DNA from: Promethearchaeota archaeon
GTDB lineage: Archaea > Asgardarchaeota > Lokiarchaeia > Sigyniarchaeales > SOKP01
Direction: 5' to 3'
Length of the DNA: 17,230 nucleotides
Assembly (NCBI GenBank): GCA_019058245.1
Contig: JAHPZJ010000021.1
Span: 1 to 17,230 of the forward strand
Positions 1 through 7,640 of the stretch are shown here, in pieces. The position numbers and the translations under genes are program-made. The notes below the pieces were generated by a model. That model had not been told where the DNA came from. It saw only the letters and a list, made by a program, of their open reading frames with translations, and ran no database searches. Every line of letters begins with the position of its first letter. Position 1 is the first letter of the stretch.

Positions 1-119
1 AAATTTATTTTAAATAACTATAGTTTTAAATGAGGTTATTTAATAAAAGAAAAATAAATAAAAGAATAAAAAAGAGACGATTATTAATGATTAAAATTAG
101 ATAATTAAGTTGACTCCAA

Positions 120-1556
120 ATTATAGAACCTAAAATTGAACCTAAAAAATCTTTTGAAGTCGGAGAACAGTTAAGAAGGTCAAGTTGGAGAAAAAATAAG
201 AAGTATATAAATTATCTTATTAATATTAATATTCTCATATTATCATTAATACTTCTATTAACAGGTCTGCTCAAATTTATTGAGATATATTCAATTAATG
301 ATAATTTAAATTATATTGCAGCACTCTTATCAGATTTGCATGATTGGTCAGGCATCATCCTGGTCTTTTTAATTGTTCTTCATTTATTTCTTCACCGGAA
401 ATGGATTTTGAAAAGTACACGGAATCTTTTTAAGTCCAAGCATTTTAATCGAAGAAAATTAAATTATTCTATTGACATTGGTATGTTAATATCATTTGCT
501 ATAGTTCTAATTACTGGAATCTTAAAAATTCCTTCATTTAACATTATCAGAACATTAAATTACACCTATTCTTCCCGGATAATGATTTTACATGACTGGA
601 GTGGATTAGTTCTTTTAATTTTCATAATTTTTCATATTCTACTACATTTAAAATGGATGACGGTTATGACAAAAAGAATATTTTCTAAAAAAAATGCTCC
701 AAAGTTAATAATAGTTACACTTTCAAATGTAATAATTATAAGTCTTGTATTTCCCTATGGAATCTTTATTCCTACACCAAATGAGCCAACAATTTATATA
801 GGTTTTGAAGAAATTGATAATCTCGATTTCAATGCTGATGAGATTGAATCAAATAGACCAGATTTGTTTAAAAACGGTAGTTTTTCTGTATTTGATATAT
901 TAGTAGATTTTGATAGAAAAGGAAAAATTGATATGCGATATCATTTTGCGTCCGATATGGATACTTATGTGATTGATGCTATAAATGGAATAAAGAATTG
1001 GTGGTATTATGCTTGGTACCATGAAGGATGGCCTGAACCCAATGTATTTCGAATGGATCATTATCCTTATAAGCCAAAAATGAGAATTCAGCTTTATCAA
1101 ACAAGTGAATCACATTTACAAAATATCTATAATAGTTTTCGCAAAGAAATAACAAGATTACATTCAAATAATGGAGATATAATAATACCCGAAGTAATAA
1201 TAAAAACAGAAAGAGATCGTATGTATTTTTATGATGTTAAAGTGGTTCCCTATAATTTAAGAAACGATACATTCCAAGATGATGTAATTACTGCGTTAGA
1301 TGTGATCTTGACTTTAGCAGATGCGGGATTAATATCATATGGAATATATTGGTGCGATAAAATAGGTACAGCTGAATTTAATAGTTATTTTGTGCTATAC
1401 ATTAATGGATCTCATCTAGAGGGAAGGTGTGGATTCGTTTATGAAGAGGGTGATTGGGATTTTGAGGATGTTAAAGGGAACCATATCCATATACCTTCCG
1501 ATATTCGTATATTAACCTCTCCCGAATATGAAAAGTGGTTTTATGGTTGTGTTTGA
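120..1556 (+). CDS. Membrane protein with two DUF4405-like (cytochrome b-like, bis-His) repeats, a further TM helix and a C-terminal soluble region with two possible DUF4430/transcobalamin-beta-like units; true start upstream of 336
   Basis: The frame is open from 114 (after TGA 111-113). Upstream codons read KKYINYLININILILSLILLLTGLLKF...LHDWSG..LHLFLH, matching repeat 2 RRKLNYSIDIGMLISFAIVLITGILKIP...LHDWSG..FHILLH. There is no in-frame ATG/GTG/TTG before 336; candidate starts are ATT120 or ATA123. C-terminal units are SVFDIL..YVIDAING..WWYY and TALDVI..YFVLYING..GFVY. Confidence 0.7.
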   Translation: MIEPKIEPKKSFEVGEQLRRSSWRKNKKYINYLININILILSLILLLTGLLKFIEIYSINDNLNYIAALLSDLHDWSGIILVFLIVLHLFLHRKWILKSTRNLFKSKHFNRRKLNYSIDIGMLISFAIVLITGILKIPSFNIIRTLNYTYSSRIMILHDWSGLVLLIFIIFHILLHLKWMTVMTKRIFSKKNAPKLIIVTLSNVIIISLVFPYGIFIPTPNEPTIYIGFEEIDNLDFNADEIESNRPDLFKNGSFSVFDILVDFDRKGKIDMRYHFASDMDTYVIDAINGIKNWWYYAWYHEGWPEPNVFRMDHYPYKPKMRIQLYQTSESHLQNIYNSFRKEITRLHSNNGDIIIPEVIIKTERDRMYFYDVKVVPYNLRNDTFQDDVITALDVILTLADAGLISYGIYWCDKIGTAEFNSYFVLYINGSHLEGRCGFVYEEGDWDFEDVKGNHIHIPSDIRILTSPEYEKWFYGCV

Positions 1557-1570
1557 AATTTGAGCTTAAA

Positions 1571-1765
1571 TTATAATTTATCTATAAAATCGTTAACTTC
1601 TTCCATTCTTTTTTCATAATATTCTTTTAAATCTTTTTCTGAAACAAAAGTGGGTATTACTTTTTCTGTATAGAGATCAAAAATCGTACTTAACTTGGTT
1701 TTGTGTTTAAGGGTTTCAAAAAATTCTTCTCCTAATTCTTTAAGTTGTTTTAAAAATTCGGTCAT
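1571..1765 (-). CDS. Small helical hypothetical protein (64 aa), last gene of the activase operon
   Basis: ATG at 1765 lies 4 nt after the activase stop and is preceded by GGGAGGT. The product MTEFLKQLKELGEEFF...DFIDKL is charged and amphipathic. The ORF-track start at 1813 overlaps the upstream gene. Confidence 0.65.
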   Translation of the reverse strand: MTEFLKQLKELGEEFFETLKHKTKLSTIFDLYTEKVIPTFVSEKDLKEYYEKRMEEVNDFIDKL

Positions 1766-1769
1766 TTGT

Positions 1770-2792
1770 CTAAAATACCTCCCACTTTCCACATCTACTG
1801 CCCCAACGAGCAATTACTTTATTTTCATCTTGAGGCATTTTAACTTGAACAATTTCACAATTATTTGGACAATCTCCACAATGAAATGTTGAAGTTTTAA
1901 ATTCTATATCTCCTACGTGAAGTCCACGGAATAATGTCTCTGTTGCATTATCTAAGTAATAATCTCTAACTAATATTGCCATTCCTAATGCTCCCATCAG
2001 AACATTATATTTCGGTACAATTACTTTACAACCTAGATGTCTTTCAAAAGCCTGAATTATCCCTTTATTATATGATACTCCACCTTGAAAAACAACTGGT
2101 TCATTTAATTCCTTTCCTTTTGATAAATTGTTCATATAATTTCTAACTAATGAGTCACATAACCCCGCAATAATGTCTTCTCTGGAATATCCCGCATTTT
2201 GTTTATGAATCATGTCTGATTCTGCAAATACAGTACATCTTCCAGCAATACTTACAGGATTTTTTGACCTTATAGCATAATCTCCAAATTGTTCAATTGG
2301 TATTCCTAATCTTGAAGCTTGGTGATCAAGAAATGATCCGGTACCTGCAGCGCATACAGAATTCATTGCAAAATCAACAATTATCCCATCTCTTAAAATA
2401 ATAATTTTTGAATCTTGTCCGCCAATCTCTAAAATTGTACTTACATCTGGATATAAAGATTGTGTCGCTACAGCATGAGCGATAATTTCTGTTTTAGCTA
2501 GATCTCCTCCGACAATCGCTTTTGTTAAGTATCTTGCTGATCCCGTAGTTCCACAACACCGTATGGCATATTCTTGGAGTTCCTCATTCTGTTCAATCTT
2601 TATTCTTAAATCTTCCATACCAGCTTTAGCCGATTCAATAGGAGATCCTCTATTACGTAAAAAAACACTGGTAAGAACACTACCATCAGTATCCATTAAA
2701 ACAAATTTACAGGTAACACTTCCAATATCAATTCCAAGAAAAGCATCCCGCTTCCCATCTTCATTTGCTACTTTATCTGAGACTTGTACTAT
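1770..2792 (-). CDS. Acyl-CoA dehydratase/reductase activase (BcrAD/BadFG, HgdC-like ASKHA ATPase with Fe-S cysteines) with a C-terminal Cys cluster; 340 aa if it starts at ATA 2792
   Basis: Motifs FLGIDIGSVTCK (upstream of ATG 2696), TTGSAR, EIIAHA, EIGGQDSK, MNSVCAAGTGSFL, RCTVFAESD, FQGGVSYN, MGALG, and C-terminal CGDCPNNC...GSRC. Confidence 0.92.
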   Translation of the reverse strand: MVQVSDKVANEDGKRDAFLGIDIGSVTCKFVLMDTDGSVLTSVFLRNRGSPIESAKAGMEDLRIKIEQNEELQEYAIRCCGTTGSARYLTKAIVGGDLAKTEIIAHAVATQSLYPDVSTILEIGGQDSKIIILRDGIIVDFAMNSVCAAGTGSFLDHQASRLGIPIEQFGDYAIRSKNPVSIAGRCTVFAESDMIHKQNAGYSREDIIAGLCDSLVRNYMNNLSKGKELNEPVVFQGGVSYNKGIIQAFERHLGCKVIVPKYNVLMGALGMAILVRDYYLDNATETLFRGLHVGDIEFKTSTFHCGDCPNNCEIVQVKMPQDENKVIARWGSRCGKWEVF

Positions 2793-2798
2793 CTTTTT

Positions 2799-2804
2799 TC
2801 ACCT
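2799..2804 (-). promoter_or_regulatory. Shine-Dalgarno AGGTGA for the activase gene
   Basis: Minus strand reads TGA-AGGTGA-AAAAAG-ATA-GTA-CAA: an archaeal anti-SD match 6 nt before the in-frame ATA. Confidence 0.65.
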
Positions 2805-3992
2805 TCATTTTACCTGTAATAATTGAATACATTCATTATAGAAATTATCTCCATAATGAGGATATATTTTTTTATTGCCATTAGCTTGAAATTCTGCATT
2901 ATTTTTAATTTCTTGCTTACGCCTATCATTTATAAGGTCAACAAAAGCTTCTAAGCGTGTACGAAATCCTTCCATACCAGATTGCTCATCGAATGAGAAA
3001 TATATAATTGGAAGATCATATATTCGTTTTAGTTTATTGGTAATGATTGTTCGTGCCGTTACCTCAGGCATACAGGTGAAAGGGTACGAATGAACAAACC
3101 CGTCGAACCCTGCTTTAGCTTTATCGATGTATTCACCTAGTACCCACACACATTCCCCTCCAATATCCATAGGGACATAAGGATGGGATAAATGTTCTAA
3201 CCATTTTCTATGATAATTCAAGTGAAATTTATGAACCACCCAGTCGTATAGACTTAAAGATTGATGAATTTCGATCCCCATTTCACCTAATTTACGTCGA
3301 ATATCAAGATTTACATATGGTTCTAAACTAACATGAATTTCACCAGAAAGACCAACTCGTAAAGGACTTATAGTTTTATCCATATCAAGATTATTAAAAT
3401 CTTCTTTTATAACGTTTTTAAAATTTCTTAATCCTTTGAGATTATTTGTTTGATCAAGTTTATCTAATAAATTTTTGACTATAATTGTGGTATCTCCTTG
3501 ATTTCGTTCATATGCACGAAATAAACCTTCTGCAGTTTGAATATCATTTAATAATTTTGCTTTTTTCAAGAAAAATATAACTGCTTTCACATATTTTGAA
3601 TAAGCAAATAATCCATGTTTACCACTAACTTCTTGAAGTGTCTCGAGCCATCGAAACTCGAGAAGATCTGCCTGGTCCAAGGGGATTACACGTACATTCT
3701 TATAACCCATATCATGTAAAATGCGTTCTTGCACAGCATGATAAAACCCAAAACGACATGGACCACAATCTATTGCCATTACGAGTGTGTCGGCTCCCTT
3801 CTTAATAGCACTTACAAAATCTCCAAGAGTAGCTTTAAATGGAAAACAAACAAATTCTGGGCTATATTTTACTCCGATTTTGATAGCTTCCCGATTAGTA
3901 GGATCAGCTAATACTACTTTTATATCAAGTTGTTCAAACAGTGTTTTGAAGGCATAAATACTGCGACCCATATTTGGGAATGAGAGAATCAT
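2805..3992 (-). CDS. COG3581-type / PlsR-like 2-hydroxyacyl-CoA dehydratase-family Fe-S subunit
   Basis: Motifs SFPNMG, SPEFVCFPFK, DCGPCRFGFY, GEIHV, IGGE, PFTCMPE, FDEQSG..GFRTRLEAF. RBS GAGGAG at 4004-4009. Adjacent to the activase. Confidence 0.88.
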   Translation of the reverse strand: MILSFPNMGRSIYAFKTLFEQLDIKVVLADPTNREAIKIGVKYSPEFVCFPFKATLGDFVSAIKKGADTLVMAIDCGPCRFGFYHAVQERILHDMGYKNVRVIPLDQADLLEFRWLETLQEVSGKHGLFAYSKYVKAVIFFLKKAKLLNDIQTAEGLFRAYERNQGDTTIIVKNLLDKLDQTNNLKGLRNFKNVIKEDFNNLDMDKTISPLRVGLSGEIHVSLEPYVNLDIRRKLGEMGIEIHQSLSLYDWVVHKFHLNYHRKWLEHLSHPYVPMDIGGECVWVLGEYIDKAKAGFDGFVHSYPFTCMPEVTARTIITNKLKRIYDLPIIYFSFDEQSGMEGFRTRLEAFVDLINDRRKQEIKNNAEFQANGNKKIYPHYGDNFYNECIQLLQVK

Positions 3993-4061
3993 GTATTTTA
4001 GAACTCCTCTAATCTTCTCAAATCTATGATTAATGTATTGTAAGATTAATATTCAGGTTTA

Positions 4062-4077
4062 CTTAAATAAACTTTTG
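4062..4077 (-). promoter_or_regulatory. Putative BRE/TATA promoter of the 3992-1571 operon
   Basis: Minus strand CAAAAG-TTTATTTAAG about 70 nt upstream of ATG 3992. The AT-rich background limits certainty. Confidence 0.35.
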
Positions 4078-4185
4078 TTTAAATAACAAAGCAAACAATA
4101 AAAAATTACCCATTATAAACAAACTATCAAAAGTATGAATGGTTTTATTAAAAAACTCTAAGATGATTAATAAATTTAAGTTAAA

Positions 4186-4734
4186 TTATTCCTTTTTAAT
4201 TTCAGAACCACAAACCTCACAAATAATTTGATTTGGATCTGTCGTTATTTTACCACAGTTTTGGCATTGACGGATAATTTCTCTTTTAGGAGGTTGAGAA
4301 CTAATTTTTACAGGTTTTTTAGGAAAGCGAGATATAATTGTTTCAAATTTCGCTTTAGTACCAGCACTATGAGTTCTAACTTCAATTTTATGATTTCCAT
4401 CAGTAATACTTATTCTATTGGGTACTATAAGTGTTAATTTATCTCCAATTTTTAAAGAGTTATCGTAAATTTCTGTTAAATATTGATTAGGGTAGAATAT
4501 GTCATTTAATTTCACATCAAAATCGTTTGAGTACTCTTTTACATTATAAATACTAACATTATCTATTTTGACAATTATATCTTCAAGAAGATCTTTAACA
4601 TTTCGCTTTTGTGTTAATGAAGGAAAAGTTATTTCTAAATAGTCTCCTTCAATTGAGACATGTACCAAACGTTTTGCGAATAGATTTGGTAATTTCTTAA
4701 GTTTATTTTTTAAGTTGTCAATAACTTTGGGCAT
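4186..4734 (-). CDS. Hypothetical protein with a beta-rich core and C-terminal zinc ribbon
   Basis: CQNCG-x9-CEVCG at the C-terminus after a Pro/Lys linker. ATG 4734 is preferred over TTG 4746 because a TATA-like TTTATTTA lies about 25 nt upstream. Confidence 0.75.
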   Translation of the reverse strand: MPKVIDNLKNKLKKLPNLFAKRLVHVSIEGDYLEITFPSLTQKRNVKDLLEDIIVKIDNVSIYNVKEYSNDFDVKLNDIFYPNQYLTEIYDNSLKIGDKLTLIVPNRISITDGNHKIEVRTHSAGTKAKFETIISRFPKKPVKISSQPPKREIIRQCQNCGKITTDPNQIICEVCGSEIKKE

Positions 4735-4787
4735 AATTATATTCAAATCTATAATAAATAAAAGATTTATTAATCTCTGATTAAATT

Positions 4788-5162
4788 CTAATCAATTCTG
4801 ACTAATAAGATCTGGGATATTTTAAGATAAAGAAAACCTCCTATGAAAGTAATAATAATACTTAACAAAATTATTAGAAATATTGCTAAGATTTGTGCTT
4901 GAAGTGCTGTTGAATATTTTGCCAGTGCTTCATAATACAATTTTTCACCCTCGATGATATTCTTCCCTAATCCTCCGGTGACTTCCCAAAAAGTAATTTT
5001 TTCAACCCATTGTCTATTTTCATCAATAATTTGTTTTTGTTCCGCCATTATTTCCTTTTGTTTATTCACTTCAAATGAAAATAAGATGATAAGCGAACCA
5101 GATAATATTATGAGTATAATTCCCAAATATATATTAAGAACTCTTACTTTTTTTTCTTTCAA
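4788..5162 (-). CDS. Hypothetical two-TM membrane protein with a helical loop
   Basis: Hydrophobic segments VLNIYLGIILIILSGSLIILFSF and ILAIFLIILLSIIITFIGGFLYL. AAGGTTGA lies upstream of the TTG start. Confidence 0.7.
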   Translation of the reverse strand: MKEKKVRVLNIYLGIILIILSGSLIILFSFEVNKQKEIMAEQKQIIDENRQWVEKITFWEVTGGLGKNIIEGEKLYYEALAKYSTALQAQILAIFLIILLSIIITFIGGFLYLKISQILLVRID

Positions 5163-5413
5163 TGAATTAATTCAACCTTTTCGTAATTAGATCTATAACT
5201 AACATTATTCCAATTACTTATTTAAGATTTCTTAAATAATTATATAAAAAAATAGTATAAACAGAATTAGTTTTAATTAGTTCTCAATTTATATTAATTA
5301 CTAAAATATAAAAGTAAGAATTTTTTTGAGAATATCAATAAATTAAGTAATAATTTTCAATAATTCTGAAATTCAACTTATAATTAATCGTTAAGTTAAG
5401 GGTTGTATAGATT

Positions 5414-5788
5414 ATGAGCAAAATCGAAGAAGTAACAAAAATACTTCAAGAACTTGAAGATAAAGTATCTGATATTATAGGTTCAGCAGTTATCCGAACA
5501 AATGGATTAGTAATTGCTTCCGCATTGCCAGGTGAATCAAATGAAAGAATGATTGCAGCAATGTCAGCAGCTCTCTTAGGTACATCTAAAAGGTCTGCAG
5601 AAGCGCTTTTTAATGGAAGTTTTAAAAGTCTAAACTTAGAATTAGATAAAGGAAATATGTTCTTAATCGGTGCTGGACGTGTAATATTAGTGGCAATTAC
5701 ACAAAAAGAACCCAATATTGGGTTAGTTACTTTAGAAATGGAGGACACAAGTAAAAAGATAGATGATATTTTCAAAGTTGAGGAGTGA
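5414..5788 (+). CDS. Roadblock/LC7 (MglB/LAMTOR-like) domain protein
   Basis: Canonical pattern L..L....DIIGSAVIRTNGLVIAS...IAAMSAALL...A..L..G......LE...G......AG...L.......NIGLV..EM. Confidence 0.93.
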   Translation: MSKIEEVTKILQELEDKVSDIIGSAVIRTNGLVIASALPGESNERMIAAMSAALLGTSKRSAEALFNGSFKSLNLELDKGNMFLIGAGRVILVAITQKEPNIGLVTLEMEDTSKKIDDIFKVEE

Positions 5789-5795
5789 GAATATA

Positions 5796-6266
5796 TTGAG
5801 TGAAAGATTGAAACAAAGGTTAAAACAATTAAAATTCATCTCTTCAATGTTTAATATGGCAATGGATGAATTTGATAATGTGATGGGTCCAGAGACAATT
5901 CAAACGATTTTCCGGTTAATTGGAGAGCGTCAAGGAGAAGCAATGGAAGAAAGATTACGTAACAAATATGGAATTGATAATTGGACTTCGGAACTATTCG
6001 CTGAGAAACTAACAAAAGATGTAATTGATGCAGCAGTAGGAACAGGGACTTCAGAAATAAAAATTAATGGCAATGAATTATCAGTTATAGTTAAAGATTG
6101 TCCATTTAAAAGAGCTGGAATAAAAATAAGTAATAAATTTTATTGTACTTACACCGAGGGATTAATTGAAACTTTTGCAAAAAAAGCACTAAATATTAAT
6201 GAATTTAAGAGTATAAAATTACGAGCTGTAGATAATTGTGATTGTAGCTTCCTTCTAAAAGTATAA
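5796..6266 (+). CDS. V4R / methanogen output domain 1 / TRAPP-Bet3-like fold protein, probably Zn-binding
   Basis: Helical N-half (MGPETIQTIFRLIGERQGE) followed by DCPF...YCTYTEGLIETF...NCDCSF, the V4R-type Cys pattern. TTG 5796 follows the RBS GAGGAGTGA, which overlaps the roadblock stop. Confidence 0.8.
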   Translation: MSERLKQRLKQLKFISSMFNMAMDEFDNVMGPETIQTIFRLIGERQGEAMEERLRNKYGIDNWTSELFAEKLTKDVIDAAVGTGTSEIKINGNELSVIVKDCPFKRAGIKISNKFYCTYTEGLIETFAKKALNINEFKSIKLRAVDNCDCSFLLKV

Positions 6267-6340
6267 AAATTTTTATACTTTAACAATAAATCTTTATTAA
6301 ATAATTTTTTTTAATGTATTATTTAATATTTTGTTTGATA

Positions 6341-7069
6341 ATGATTCTTTCAATCCTAATCTTAAAAAGAACCGGTGAAAATCTCTGCAGCAGAACTTTT
6401 GGAACTGAAAAGTGGAGTGAAACATTAACAAGTGGATTTATTTCTGCGACTTTTAACTTTACTCAACAGACATTCGGTTCTGAAATTAATGATATTGAAT
6501 TAGGACCATATCGATTATTATTTGAACCTACTGAGGATATTATTATTGTTGCTTTCTATGAAAAAACTGATAGTATTATTAATATTAAGAAGAAATTGAA
6601 TGAATTAAAAGAAATTATCTATTCAAAATATGATAATGTATTAAAAAATAAGATCTGTAGTCATGAAGATTTTGAAGGATTAAACGAGATAATTGATAGA
6701 ATAATCACAGAATCTTCTGAAATTGATATTACAGAGCAATTAAAATTACAATATAAAAATATTTTGGATAGTTTTCGTTCAAATGCAGAAATTTTAGATT
6801 GTGATCTAATAACAAGTTCTGGAGTTCCTTTAACAAAAGAATGGAACAAGGAATTTTTGGATCTCTGCCTAAGAATCATAGATGCATTTTGGAAATCAAA
6901 ACATTATGTATTAGATCAAATTATTCTCACCTATGAGACACGTCATTTAATTTTGTATAAAATAAATGATAATTTTGTTTTATCAGCACTTATTAGGAGA
7001 AACACACCAATCGGATTAGCAACATACATGGTTGAAGAAACTTCCAATATTATTGCAAAAGTTAATTAG
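6341..7069 (+). CDS. Longin-like domain fused to a C-terminal roadblock domain
   Basis: The N-half MILSILILKRTGENLCSRTF..LTSGFISATFNF..INDIELGPYRLLF..IIIVAF..LNELKEII has longin topology. The C-half ILDCDLITSSGVPL...QIILTY..LILYKINDNFVLSALIRRNTPIGLA has roadblock topology. ATG 6341 fits the domain start better than 6314. Confidence 0.75.
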   Translation: MILSILILKRTGENLCSRTFGTEKWSETLTSGFISATFNFTQQTFGSEINDIELGPYRLLFEPTEDIIIVAFYEKTDSIINIKKKLNELKEIIYSKYDNVLKNKICSHEDFEGLNEIIDRIITESSEIDITEQLKLQYKNILDSFRSNAEILDCDLITSSGVPLTKEWNKEFLDLCLRIIDAFWKSKHYVLDQIILTYETRHLILYKINDNFVLSALIRRNTPIGLATYMVEETSNIIAKVN

Positions 7070-7103
7070 AATGTAAAATAGGAAAGAGTTTGAAAAAATA
7101 ATA

Positions 7104-7511
7104 ATGGGAATTTTATCAAAAATATTTGGAAAAAAAGAACAGGCAAGCATCCAAGAAATAGAATCAGATATGGCAAAATTAAAGAAAAAAATTAATGCTG
7201 AAATGATTGCTATTTTTGGAATTGGAGGAAGATTAAAAGGATTACCATTAATTTATGTATGTGAAGATGATACTGATTTGAAACAATTCTCAGCAAGATT
7301 ATATGAAGTAATTGGACCTCTCGATAAATTAGCGAATGAAAGAATATTACGGGATTTTATAATTAATTATAGCGATTCAATTCTGTTTTATAAACGAATT
7401 ATGAAGAATATTGGATATTTCGCAATATTCTATAATAAAAATGCTCTCTTGAATATTAAGCAATGGATTTATAAAAAAGAAGAAATCCTGAAACAATTAC
7501 TCCATGATTAA
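7104..7511 (+). CDS. Divergent roadblock/profilin-like fold protein with an N-terminal amphipathic helix
   Basis: N-terminus MGILSKIFGKK, then an alpha-beta-beta-alpha-beta-beta-beta-alpha pattern (AEMIAIFG..GLPLIY..helix..RDFIINY..ILFYK..IGYFAIF..helix). Confidence 0.6.
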   Translation: MGILSKIFGKKEQASIQEIESDMAKLKKKINAEMIAIFGIGGRLKGLPLIYVCEDDTDLKQFSARLYEVIGPLDKLANERILRDFIINYSDSILFYKRIMKNIGYFAIFYNKNALLNIKQWIYKKEEILKQLLHD

Positions 7512-7515
7512 AGTA

Positions 7516-7525
7516 TTTTTTTTTT
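7516..7525 (+). terminator. Oligo-T archaeal-type terminator
   Basis: T10 tract 4 nt after the stop at 7511. Confidence 0.55.
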
Positions 7526-7640
7526 CATTACTAGTTTAGTCTTATTTTTCCTAAAACAAACTTTTTTATTCAAATTGTTCCATTAGATTAATAGATTGGA
7601 ATTGTTAAATCTTGTCGAAATAAAAGAATGATGTAATAAA

